This document shows, in pieces, positions 51,603 to 64,000 of a stretch of 64,000 nucleotides of DNA. Under the pieces are notes generated by a model. The model did not search any database and had not been told where the DNA came from. It saw only the letters and a list, made by a program, of their open reading frames with translations. Within the stretch, counting starts at the first letter, position 1. Every line of letters starts with the position of its first letter. The translations under genes and the position numbers were made by a program. This DNA comes from Raillietiella orientalis (Eukaryota), in the NCBI GenBank assembly GCA_036172245.1, contig JAYWIR010000039.1:1550001-1614000 (forward strand), given 5' to 3'.

Positions 51603-54600
51603 ATAATGCAGAGGAAGTGAAGTTAGCCAAAAAGTCATGTGAACGAAAGGAATCAAAGAAACGTATCGAACATGGTAGAAAAAAGCACGGCTGCTGCTGA
51701 AGACTTCCATGGAATTGGGGTGCAAGCTGCTGCGAACCGAGCTGAAAGCTAAAGTTTCGCCTTCAAGAAAAGAGTCCATTGGAATTTAGAAGTACGAGAA
51801 ACCACAACGACTGCTTCTCTTCTAATCTCGAAACGAGATCAAAGGAAATGAGATTGTTCCCAGAACTCTTTGTGGGCAGTGCCTGCGTTTTTAACTGCAA
51901 ATTGAGCGAGGGAAGGAACCGCAGGAGTAGGAACACAGTGTACGGGAAATAAAATGTACATCTATGTAAAGAGGATGTACATTGACCCACCTTATCTCCT
52001 TCCACAGGCTGCACACACGACGGTTTGCATTCAACATCGAAGGGAGCTTGACATGGCGGATGACATCACGTGGGAGGAAATGAATTTTGGGAGAGAATCA
52101 CATCTTAACCTCAACGAGCGCGGTTGCTAGGAGAAGGATGATGGTTATTCAATGAATTGGGTTAAGGGAGGATGCGTGTGGGCCTGTTCCGGTACAGTGA
52201 CCGGAGACTGCAGACAGAAGCTATCAGGCAGATATTCTTTCCATGCTTTTCGAGGAGGGCATCCAAACGAGATCCAATTTCAACTCAATTCTGATAGGGC
52301 CAGGTTCTTCATAATGGGTTACTGAGTATGCAAAATAGTTCGATTCAGCCGGGCTCACCAAAATATATTCGAAATAAAGTAGAATACTTGGCCTAAAAAG
52401 AATGGGAGACGATAATATCCATAAAATTGCTTCCATTTCAGTTTTTTCGAGATTTACAATGAGAAAATAATCGACCTTCTGTGCGATTCCAAAGAAAATC
52501 AGAAAAAACAACTTCGCGTTCTGGACCATCCCAAACACGGATCCTCCATTCCAGGTAATGGCAACTTGCACGTATTTTTGAATTCCAGAAAAAACGAATA
52601 TCCCGAAGGAGGAAACCTGCTTTCAGAATTTCATGCCGGTTGTTTTTAATGCAAATTCCCAGCATGAAAGCGAATTTCGAATTCCCGTACACATTCGAAA
52701 CGGCAGAATGCTTGGAATCGAACCAATGGTATGACCTGATAATTCTGGTTCCAATTTGATGAACGGCTGTCGCGAAAATTAGTTAGGGTTTGTTTCAGAC
52801 GAATTCCTCGTCACCTTCTTGATCCGATCTGAGACGACGAGGAAGCATGTGTCTCCTCCATCTTATAAAAAGGAAAGTACCATCTCACAGAAAAACTGGC
52901 CTCTGGGCATGTTGTAAGTGGCGCTCTGGCAGGGGAGCTCCCCGCGTTAGAATCCGGTGTGCCGAAATACGGGAAACGCGTTTTGGACCGCCCACGCCCA
53001 TAGAGCTCCCGTCCCACTTCCCCTACTTGGAAATCTTGGGGAAAAAAACCTCCGTTGTATCGGCAGTCATTCCAGCCAAATAAATTCTCTCCTGCATGCT
53101 ACGGACATCACGGTTTCCGTGCAGAACTGTACAGCTTCTCTGAGGACTCTTTCTAAGGAACGAACGCTTCCATTTCGGGAATGTTTGTCGTTTCATACGC
53201 GAGTTCTGTAGGGGACTTCATCCCGTCCGAAAGAGTTTCCTAATGATCCGATCTCGAAAGAGCAGTGTAATCGCAGACAGCAAACCGTGATAAAGAAGAA
53301 GAAAAAAAAAATCATTGCAATTCCAAAAGATGGAGTCATCTACAAGGCAAACTCCCGAGCTGGAATAACAAGCGAGCGTTGAGAACTTCTAGACCGGAAA
53401 CTGGTAATCCAGTTTTCCTCGTTCCGGGACTTCTGAATGTCCTAACTGTACGAATGCGGCGGGCGTTGAAATCAAGCACCGCAGGAGTCGCAGAAACCGA
53501 GATGAATTTTGTCCAACTTTGCATTGCGGATGAGCATTTCTTCTTTGCCGAAGAACTTGATAGCTGGTGTCAGTTCAGTTGTTCGGATCCAGCTTTTTTC
53601 TTTTCTTTTTTTTCCATTTGGCCGTCAATGCCACTGTACCAAATGAAACAGTGCACGCCTAAAGTGACTTCTGCATTCCCCTCGGTTCCCTTTCGCTTCT
53701 CCCTTGCAGAATGCCAGCAGTTAAGACTGTCGTCGAGTTAATGAGCTTCTTCGACCCTTTCAGATCTAACCTACTTGACAATCGAGAATTTTCGCTCCTT
53801 CAACGCGATTTTGATAAATGGGATGAAGAGGCGGCATCAAGCTGAGACTCATTCTCATAAGAGAAGCAGTAGAAGCCATGCTATACTGACCCTGTGCTTG
53901 AAAAAACAGGATTCATCTCCGACTGTTAACAAGATGTACCTTGTAGACCTGGCCGGAAGGTAATAGGTCCAACCATTTGAATTTCTATGGCGCTTTCTAT
54001 GGCTTTGCAGTGAGAAACATGGAGGAGAGTGGGAGAAGTTGAGGAAAGAAGGGGCCAGTATAAACCGTTCCTTGGTCGCACTGGGCAACGTGATAAAGTC
54101 CCTAAGTAAACCCAGAATCGCCGACTCCAGTTCAACTGCTATTTCTTTGCCTCCTGCTCTATTGTTTAGGTTTAGAATCTCGGCGGAAATCAGGCAGCAG
54201 TAGAGACACCCACTTCGTACCCTACCGTGACTCCATACTCACTCGCATCTTGAAAGACGTCTTTGCAGGAGAAACGAGGATTATCATTGTCGCAAGTAAA
54301 GCAGTTCAGGGCATGCAAGCCAAACTGATTGTCCCTTCAGCTGTTTCTCCGTCTAGTGAATGCTACGGAGAGACCATGAGCACCCTCCGGTTCGCCTCAC
54401 GGGCTCAGGCCATACTCATCAAGTCCGTTGTCCACCGTCCCATCAAGTGCCACATATACGAGAGAATAAAGCAAGAGCTGTACAAGTTGAGATGCATTAT
54501 CCCAGCATCCTACTCGCACGTAATGATCTGTAATTTTTCCCTGCTCTCCGTGAGGTTCGATTCCTTGAACACTGGCTCGCAGGTGGACCTTTCGTAGCAC

Positions 54601-57600
54601 CTGAGTTGCTACCACCACCTCCGTGTCATCCGAACCCGAGTTCTCTTACTGTCTTTCCATGATCCCGAACCAGCGAAGTATTCTGTGATGTTTAGAAAGT
54701 GAATTGAGTCCCGAGGAATCCTCTCTCTCGAGCAAGAAATTTTCAAAGCTTGCCTCTAAGATGGTCTCCTTTCTCGCTGCTTCCTCGGTCTTTCTCGGAC
54801 TCCAGAAATTATTGGCACTTTGCATGCATTATGCGCGCACGTGAAGATTGGGGGAGGGGAGGGAGGGGGGCACAACGACTTCCCCCTTTCTATAACCTCG
54901 GCTAATGTGTGTTCCTCTCTTAAATCCGAAGAATGAACGTTGCGAATCTGCCATCGAAGCTAACTACCACCATATCTTGAAAAAGGGGTCCAAGAGTTTA
55001 GATGTATTAATCGACCTAGTGACGCAATGGGAGCATCAGCAGATGAAGAAGGAGAGGACCTCGGTTACGCAAGCAGCAGGACCAAATCCTCCGGTGAATA
55101 TTCACGATTTCCATTCTTTAATGCTACTGCGATAAGTTTTGTCTTACCGTGCATTGCTTGAATAATAAACCCGATGACTTTTGACACGACGGTCTGCCAG
55201 TGCAACATGCAAACATTGCCCTGGGAGCTAATTACTCAGATAGGGGCATTTTTCGAACTTGGAATGCTCCTTCATTCTATTCCCCGATTAGCCGAGTGGA
55301 GACGAACTCTCGCCAGCGCCAATGCTAGACAGTACTTCTGTACATGCTAACTGTCTTTCAGACTTTCAGTTGAAGGGTGGCCATTTTGCACATATAACGA
55401 TTCGCTAGGCTTTCGTGGCCCTTTTGATGGACCTGCATCCTCATGATTCATCTTTCCCGGTCCCAGATCGTGGAGACTGAGTTTGTAGCTTTTTGTCCGG
55501 CATCTTGCTAACATTCGCGTAATTCGAGTTGCTTGTTTCTTTGTACGAGCACGATGACTACTTTTTATGTTGCCAGAGCTGGTGGTGCATGCCTTTTGAA
55601 CTCCAGAGGCTCCGTCACCTCCTCTGGTCCAGTTTTCTTCCTCGTTTCAAGAAACACTCGTGTTGGATCTGAGGTGAATTTTCGAACCGAGCACGAACAT
55701 TACAATTTACCACTTGAACTTATAAGAGATATTCAACTTATAAGAGATTGAACCCGACGTGACACATCAGCACACGCATTTGGATGTTCGTGCAAAATTC
55801 TTCTAAACACGGAACGTCACTCAAATGAAATGAGAAGTACTTGGAAAGATAGTCGTACACTACAAAATTTCTGTTCTTTCTTTGGGAGCACTTCGAATAT
55901 GCAATAAGGAAACTCAGCAATTCGTCGTCTCTCATTGCAATTCATTTTATGTATTCTTGGTCCCACATCTTTTTAAGTACTACATGCTTGCCTTATGAGG
56001 CATTTAGAAACGTCCGAAATGAAAAAAAAAAAAAAAAAACAGCAGCAGCAATAGGAAATCAGAAACATTTAAGATTACTGCTGCCTCTTTTAAGTACATG
56101 ACCATCCTTTCGGAACGACCCTAGGTAACAGGTACGTATCCATTCGCTTTCCAGCAATGTCTTTTCTAATAGGAGAGAGCATATTGCTGTTGAGGAAGTA
56201 ATATTAATATTGAGTAATCAATAAGATTGTCGATTTTATTACTGTTTGTCTCGAATCGTACAACTGTATTGCTAGATGTCATTTTTGTAACCTGTGCTGT
56301 TTCAGGGAAGATCCATTGCATTTGCATTGCTGGCATCCAGAACCAGTACTAATAAGTACGTATAGTCATTTTTCGAGTTCTCTAATGCATTCGCTCACAT
56401 AATGCTTATGTAATTAATTACCTCAGTTGTATCTTGATGGCCATCTATCTCAGGAGTTATTTTCAAGCATGTGTGAATCTCGCTTCCGCTTTCCCGACCT
56501 TCCTCTTCGATCACATCCAGAAAGTTTGCAGATTTATATGCAGCATATCCCAAAACCGATTGCCGATGCAGAGTAATTCGTACTCATCTTCTCCCTTGAA
56601 TAGTTTAAACGCGAAAGTGCCGCTGCTATGTCCAAGGGCCGTGTAATTTTCACGTTAAAGCAGAGAACTCTTTCGTCACACGAGGCCAGAAGGAAGAAGA
56701 CTTTCTTGAAATCGCATGTTTTGGGCCCGATCTACCAGAAACATCACAACGAAAAGGCATCGTTAGAAAGAACTAAGAATCGATTTAGCTATCCCATCGC
56801 ATATGTTGATAAACACGCTTAAGAAAAGCAAATAATCTGAATTTCCTGTCTAAACAGTTTGCTTCTATGATTCATTCAGATCTTCCAAGATAACACCTGT
56901 GTGTTTTCCATAGGGAACGTGTCTGTGGGGATCCCGGGAAGCTGCATCTCTACAAACATCCAGAAATACTCAAGGCAGAGAGGGAGAACAGTCAGTTGCA
57001 TCTCTATGGTTTCGCGGTGCCTCCCTCTTCCAAAGAAAAACCGATGAAAACGCAATGCGGTTTTCCTCAAAGAGCTCCTCTCATGCTGGAGAACGACTGT
57101 ATGGATAATGGCACGAACCAGAGATCATGGGAAAGCAGTGTTGTGGATTCGGATCGTGCGAGCTCTTCGAGTAAGAAGAAGGATCCTCACGGAGAATTCA
57201 TAGAATTATCGTCGCATCCCAATAGTCTCGAAGATCCCAAAGGCCTTCAATCGGTGGAATCTCCATCATCTTGTTGTGACTCAAGTGCTCGCGTTTTTGG
57301 CCACCCTAAATTGGACGGAAAAGCAAAGAACCACCAACAGGGCTACCGAAGGAGGGCGGATTTTCAGAATTTTCCCTCTACACTTTTGAGAAACTGCCTT
57401 AGTGTTAAGAGGACCAGACTCTACCGGCTGCCGCCAGAAACATCTTGCCCATTTGGAAAACATCCTGATTTGCGTTCGAAGAACATTCAGTTAAATAGAA
57501 ACGCAGTCAGAATGGAAGGTTATCTTGCTGCACATGGTCGGGATGTTAAAATGGATGGCAGAATCCCTCACTTCGAAAATTCAGACCCAGCACACGAAGA

Positions 57601-60600
57601 TCGGATGCAGACAAGAATTCCCGATCAGAAACACACCTTAAATGGAAAACACGGAGATGTGAATGAGCAGGTGCAATCAAACGTGTGTTCTCTTTCTTTC
57701 AAGAACACGCGCAAGAGGAAAGAATGTCTTCCCAGTGCACAAGTGACCCTAGATGGCGATGCTGCCACACTCTTCAATCAACTGGACTGTGATTGGGTTT
57801 GCGAAGAACTTGGAGCAGTTAGAATCGGTCAGGATGCCGGCGCAGATGCCGTTGTCGCTAGATGCCTTCGATATGCAGCCAGAAGAAATGTCTCCTTCAA
57901 GCTGATTACGCTACTTGCCTTCTTCGAACAGATTACGGATGCAGAGTATTTTTCACGAAAGCATCTGTGCGACAGAGAACCTTGTTTTCTTCCGAAAATG
58001 GAAAGCGGTGCTAATTGTGAAGAAGATGCTTGTTGCATTGCCTTATTTTCCGTCGACCTAAATAGGAAACAACCTGCGCCGAATCGAAATAATCCCAGGA
58101 GGACGGTTTTTGAAACCATCACTACGATTTGTGGCAGTACATCTCAGGTTCATGAGTTGCCTGATTGGTTAGAACATACTTCCTCTTTTCCAATGCTACC
58201 ACGTGACGGCTGCCATTACGTCGAGGATTCTAATGTTGACGTGCCCAAGAATCCTTTGATGCACAAAGAGAGTCATAGTCCGCGGAAGCTGGAGATCACG
58301 GTTGCTGCTCATCCTGATGATGAAAGTACCAGTAAAAAATTCGAAAATCGCGCCGCCGTCTGTCAGAAAATTACTGGCAAAGAAATTCCTCATCACGCTA
58401 TTGATTCCAGTGCTTTGCGTAGTGCTGCTATTTGTTCAGATTCTCTGATAACTGACGCTTCCGAGGATGACATCGTGAAGAATCACAGCTTCGTTCCATT
58501 TCAAGAGATGGAATATGAAAGTACAATGCCGGATGAAGTAGACTATTGGGATCAGATTAAGGAGACGGAAGAGGTGTTTGTGGATTTCTCTTTCAAGGGG
58601 AAAGCATCTGATCGAGCAGATTCTGAGGAGCCTGAATTATTTGAAAGTGTCTCTAGGAAGCTTTGTCATGAAACGGATTCTTGCATCCACTCAGCAGAAG
58701 CGAAACCAACGAAAGCGAGCTCGTCGGCAGGTGAGAATTCCATGCTTCTTGACAACTGGATACAAGGAAGTGACCATTCATCGGAGCGTGAAGTGCATCC
58801 TGTCACCACCGTAAAGAGCAGGCTGGCGCCCTTGGCAGAGGATTGTAAACTACCTGCTTGCCGGGAGTGGACTTGCTCTGAGGACGCATCTTCCGCTAAC
58901 ACGCGGAACGTCTCCACGGGGATGCTGCTTGGGTCGTTTGCTCTCGATCCAAACTCTGCTCATGCAGTATCGTGGAATTTTGACGAGGAATCAAATTGGT
59001 GCTCGCACGCATACTCCAGCCTGAAAGCTCTCTTTGGAAGAAATGACGCCGTCTTATTATTCAGCCACCTCAATGTCACTGCAATCGACCGCAGCTCCCC
59101 AGATGTGTCAAAGGGTGATTTTAGCGAGGCGCCGAAATTGCCTTTTGCTTTCCAGCGATCACGACCAAGAGGTGTCGGCGTGTACTATGAGGGGAACTCG
59201 GTTGAAATTTCCGCAGATTTCAGGAAACCAGATTTGGATTTTCTCATTTGGCACGATGATTTGTGCAGCATTCCAAGCTCACGCGGAAGCCACGAGTCAG
59301 GGTTCTGCCCTTCAGAATGCAGAGGAAGTGATTTCGTTCCTTTTGAAGAATTGTTCGCGATTTTTTCGAAATTGGTGATGCCGATCGGGAAAATGGACGT
59401 CTTTTTTTCTGACAAAGAAGTTCTTCTTGAGAAGAACGAAAATGCACAGGACCCATGTAATCTGGACCTCATCTACAAAGTAGCAGCATCAATACCATTT
59501 ATGAATAATCGTTTTGAACGATTCTTCGTTCCACCTCTTCCTGGAAGCGAAATGATTCCCTCTTACTTTCAGAATGAGCAGATTGCTTTCAGAATTTCTT
59601 CGTGTCCTGTTACAACCCTCGGCATCGGAAAAGGATCAGGAAGACCGTCAACTCAAGCTTGTGATGCAATTCTAAGTTATGGGCTAGAAAAACGTATCGG
59701 AAGCGAGCTTAGTGGATCGAGATTTAATCAGCACGAGAGCAGATGGCACGCTTCCGAGCCGATGTTGTTGGAGTTTCTTCTCAGCAGCACTTCGCTGTTC
59801 GCATACCCCTTTTCCCCATTCCTAATTCAGCCGAGTTTCCAGTGTGGAGTAGGAAACCTTAGAAAGGAGCAGGTGGTTGCTCAGATGGATGCTACACGCT
59901 GGCTACCCGATGAACGTGCTGCTCCTGGTAAAACTGCCGCATTGCAGCCACACTTCGAGCTTTTTGCTATTCATTTTTCGTGTTTATCTGGAGGACAAAA
60001 GATCATCGACTTGCAAAATGTGTACTGTCAAGAGCAAAGGTTAAACATGACCACATGGCCGACTCTCACGAGAAGCAGGCACACAAGACTCACGAAGTCG
60101 ATGCCGGAAACCTCAGGGCTCGTTGCGTGCAGCCAGGTTCCTGATCGGATTTCACTGTTTCTGATGACTCATTCTTCTAAAGACAGAACTTCAGAGAAGA
60201 CTGAGAATCCTGCTAAAAAGCTGAGGAAATTGCTCGAATTTGGAGATACCCAAGAATTCCCGAGAAGAGCAAGTGCAGAAACGAGCTCGGAGAATCCGAG
60301 AATGGGAGATGACACAAAGATCTGCAGCACCCCAGTTACTCTGAGAAGCAGGAGCAAAAGCCTGTTGATCTCTAGAACTTACGACGTTCCCGGACTCGAC
60401 ACGCTTTTAACTGCATCTGCTTCTGAAATTTCGAAGCCCAGTGAAGAGAACTCGAACCTATCCGAGTTTATTTTGGATGCCTCTGTTCTACTGCGAAATC
60501 TGAAAACCATTTCCAGTCAGATAGGATACCAAATAAAAAAAGGGAACGAGTCAATCAGAAAAGCCGATCAGGATCTCAGGAAAAGGGTTCGGAGCAAAGA

Positions 60601-61216
60601 GAGAAAAACGACTGAAGAACGGGGAATCTTTGCTTCAGCACTCCAGTTGAAGTGTTGCAGAGAAAACGAACTGCCTGAGGAACTGTGCAGCTGCGGCTTC
60701 GATGAGCGTAGAACCAATTCTAGGGACAGCTTTTGTTCACCCGGCGATAGAAGTACTGAAGACACGCTAAATTGTGAGAGGGCTGGCAAGCAGCGGAATT
60801 CGAATGATTCCGAATTTTCAAAGCCTATTGAAGATCCTGAACTGAAAACCATAAAGGAGAGGAAAGCAGAATTACGACAAACTCTGTACAGGTTTTTGGT
60901 GCTGTCAGACATCAGGCGAACCAAAGAAGCCACTGACGAAACGCAAACGGATTTACGTCGTCGCCGTACACTAAGAACGCGATGCAGTGGTACTAGTCAC
61001 GAATGCTGCAGCATGGACCAGAAGAGTTTTCTTGAATCCACCGATCACTCGGATAAAAAACACAGCGTGTTGAAACATCTCACAAGTCCGTCCTTGCTGG
61101 AAACGAAAACTTCCATGATAAGCCTGCAGAACTTCTTATGCCCTTGTTTTTCTATTGAACAATACAGCGCTTATTTGCAGGAAATTAGAAGACAAGTCAT
61201 CCAGAACTCTGCTTAG
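36696..61216 (+). CDS. Kinesin-3 family motor protein, KIF16B/STARD9-like, divergent
   Basis: Motor exons 36696-36742 ([13 protein letters not shown]), 39377-39446, 41113-41223 (FTFD), 48773-48889 ([13 protein letters not shown]), 50571-50668 (GIIPRIC), 52442-52554 ([12 protein letters not shown]), 53764-53959 (SSRSH, LVDLAGS), 54011-54105 (EGASINRSL), 54170-54295 ([10 protein letters not shown]), 54341-54519 ([12 protein letters not shown]) join in frame; link to 56306-56355 and 56914-61216 is phase-compatible but tentative. Confidence 0.8.
39977..40257. mobile_element. Probable non-autonomous hAT (Charlie-like) MITE in kinesin intron 2
   Basis: CAGTGTTTCCCAAACT ... AGTTTGGGAAATGCATG imperfect terminal inverted repeats resembling hAT-Charlie ends; no clear 8-bp TSD. 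Confidence 0.55.
42601..42718. repeat. Degenerate minisatellite, about 4 copies of TGGATATATCTCAGTTAAT
   Basis: gtggatatatcacagttaat / gtggttatatctcagttaac / atggatatatctcagttaat / atggtgacatctcag. Confidence 0.65.
43885..45250 (+). mobile_element. Complete tRNA-headed SINE-like insertion with duplicated head, in kinesin intron 3
   Basis: TSD AAGCAATGCTTAAA(T/C)GTT at 43867-43884 and 45251-45268; heads at 43885 and 44261; GTGGATTAAGGC 44279-44290 and GGTTCGAAT 44317-44325; hairpin-rich body; no credible protein. Confidence 0.85.
51562..51601. repeat. (CA)n microsatellite, about 20 units
   Basis: Read directly from sequence. Confidence 0.95.
56914..61216 (+). CDS. 4.3-kb open exon, Ser/Glu/Asp-rich, no recognisable domain; probable kinesin tail
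   Basis: Frame open from 56894 to TAG at 61214-61216; acceptor TTTTCCATAG ends at 56913; charged helical stretches near the C-terminus. Confidence 0.75.
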
Positions 61217-61424
61217 AATGCGTGGCTCACGTAAAGGAGGATGTACTTCAGCAATATTCCTGATTGAGCTTCGACCTCAAATCGAAATCAAAAAAAAAAA
61301 ATCATCGTCTTTGATTCGAAACCTCCCGATTTGGGGAGGATCACACTTTCGAAATGTAGTCTCTTAAAGCACGCTCGTTTGTGCCTGCTTATCGTCTTCA
61401 ATACTACAAACTACTGTACCGTTC

Positions 61425-61430
61425 AATAAA
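61425..61430 (+). terminator. Putative polyadenylation signal
   Basis: AATAAA (overlapping a second AATAAA) about 210 nt after the stop of the long ORF. Confidence 0.5.
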
Positions 61431-63883
61431 TAAAAACCAAGAACTTGATCTCGATGCAAGTGTCTAAGTGTTCACCTAAGCATGCACAACACGCTCGAAA
61501 GCTGAAGCACCGAGTCTTGAAACTATTACTACCGATAACAGTAGACAAATGTACCGACCTGCGAGTTCAGATTTTCTCAAGTGCCAAAGCTTATTTAAGT
61601 GAAGGTTTGACAACGTAAGTGCGGAGGCTGTGTGACCTCTGGGCTAGATTTTGCCACAAAAGCCCGAGTGCACAAGAAGCGGTCATGTGCCCAAGTAGTG
61701 ATCGTGGATGCACGCGGTGCATTTCTGTGTGGATGACGACGCGGAGTGTTTGAATGGTTTGCCAAAAACACGTGACAGCAAATAAGTAATGAGACAGGTG
61801 TTGCAATCGAAAAACATGATAATATAGTACATTACGCAAGGATCGAGTACTACACCTCGACTTCAAACAAAACTTACACAGACCTCACTTCAGTTTCAGC
61901 CTCTTAAATGCACGGAAATAAAGCCCATGCAAATAGGAAAGCTACACCGCTGAATCGCGTTGCAGTGTCGAATTCGACTGCACGCTTTGATATGGAGAAC
62001 TATACATTAATTACTGGCTTTCATGTTTTTAACGAGTAATTCGAATGATGCTCCAGATTTCTACAGTTTATGATTCAGAGGAGCAATAATCCCGAACATT
62101 GCCTCAAATTAAGGAAGACATCCAAACTAATCCCATTGATATGCGAAGAAGAAATGATTAAATGCCATAATGACTCCGGGAACGTAGTTCGGAAGGCATC
62201 CAACTCGGCATCGATTCGATGCATCTTACACACAGGTCACGACCGTCGTGGAAAGTTTTGAAGGGTGTGTCGACTCGTTATCAATGAATCGTACACATCA
62301 GTTCCCTCGAAACCATAGAAATCGCTTTTCAGCAGTCTGAATAGAAATCACTGATAAAGCACGCGGGGTGCTTCCGCAATGGATCAGCATCCGCCTTCAG
62401 GCAAAGCCGAACAGCCGTATGAATGAAAAGGAGTGAGGATTCTGTGTATAGGGAGAAGGGATGCAGACGTGTTCGACACAAGTCCCAGTGGCACCACAGA
62501 TGTACGAATCACTAGGCGTAAAGATCTCACCAATCACTAATTTCAAATGGAAGATTAAGGACTTTTGCCATCCAAATACGCACCCGAAGAAAAGGATGGA
62601 GGTAATCTTCTAAAATGAGGGAACAGACAAAAGGGCACGATCTGCAGCTAGATATCCTGAAATACGCTGTGCACTTTGCAGGAATATGGAAAACATCCGC
62701 AAAGTTCGATTAGCACCTGCAAATGTGCGCTGACCCATGAAGTGTGATTGACACGCCCTTCCTCTCTACGTAGTCTACTTGATGACGAACCTTTGAATCT
62801 TTTCTTGTCAGGAGAGCAGGATTTAGAAGCTGACCTTTCTCGTCAGTCTGCCTCTTTTTTGGTCACTTTTGGATTTCGGTATTTCATCTCCCCATTACCT
62901 ATATCGCAATTGTATTCCCATGGCGAAAGCGCAGAATAGGAGAGGAACATGTGGTGATCAAAAATAATGATGAAATAGGTTGTCGTATGTTGCTGATGAT
63001 GAAATAGGTTGTTGTCTTATGGTTAATCGCGATATTGGTAATGAGACAAATTATTGCGGGATATCAAGAAAACCTCTCAGAAGAGCACGACGTGCAGAGC
63101 TTACAGAAGTCATGAAGTCCACTGCAAAAACAACTGAACAGCTGGCAGCGTTGCTTCTGCTTAGCTCCTCTTTCAAGAGATGGAGATCAAGCGATCATTC
63201 TGAAATGCTTATGGTTTGAATGAACGAATTCGTTGCTTTGTAAGTTCTCTGAGAATCACCTCCTCGACATAATGCATTGGATTTAACAAGATGACATAAT
63301 CGAACCGATGAAAGGCCATCTTCTTGTCTAACAGGAAATTTTCACAAAGTCCCGAACTGGATGATCGATTCTTTCAATGGGATGCACGAAAGTGATGGGT
63401 GGATTCGGGGAATATTATCTTGCATTCTTCCATAACACTGCTGAAATTTCTTAAAAGCTCCGTTTCTCCACAGTATTTAAAAAATCACGGCTCGGTTGAG
63501 GCTCACTGCACTTGATTGTAGTTAGATTACAACTTAAATGGATGGAACAATAAATTAAAGACTGATTATGATGGAACACAGGCGATTGATTGAAGTAGCT
63601 TTTTTCCTCTAGATGAGTTCTTCTCTTTCTTGCACACTGTCCACACGAGCATTCCATGTCCGAAGAAATGCACAAACACAATTTTGCAGGCGCTTTCGGC
63701 CAAACCCTCTTGAATTTCGTGCTTTTCTTTCCTGCTAACTCGAACAAAAATCGGAATTTCATCGAAACTGTTCACTGGCAAAAAATATGATCAGTTAATC
63801 ATTTTCTATGGGAGCCCGTTCAGAGGTTGCACGGAGTTTTGCCTTGCCAAGCTCATGTTGCAGTTTTCAGCGGCTTCGGGAGC

Positions 63884-64000
63884 AAGATTTTTTTTTTTGT
63901 CGCAAAATTTGTTTCAGGGTCAGGAACAGTTGATATGATCAGTTAATTACCTCCAAGTTCCTGACCCTGAAACAAATTTTGCGACAAAAAAAAAAATCTT
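63884..64000. repeat. Perfect 44-bp inverted repeat with 29-nt spacer, running off the window edge
   Basis: 63884-63927 is the exact reverse complement of 63957-64000. Confidence 0.9.

Overview
Eukaryotic (invertebrate animal, probably arthropod) nuclear DNA with spliceosomal introns. Four host genes are supported: intronless RMI2 (-), RPL38 (-, 4 coding exons), mitochondrial intermediate peptidase MIPEP (-, 12 coding exons) and a divergent kinesin-3 (KIF16B/STARD9-like, +; motor spread over ~18 kb, one GC-AG intron, probably ending in a 4.3-kb exon). Much of the rest is retroelement debris: several L1/Tx1-type LINE fragments (endonuclease, RT, zf-RVT, shared 3' UTR) and a ~1-1.4 kb tRNA-headed, hairpin-rich SINE-like element found at four places. 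One SINE copy is complete with a target-site duplication, and LINE 3' ends are repeatedly inserted in or fused to SINE sequence. This SINE/LINE pair is the best candidate for an undescribed system. All calls come from manual reading and translation; no database search or folding was run. Most short ORFs in the track are spurious.
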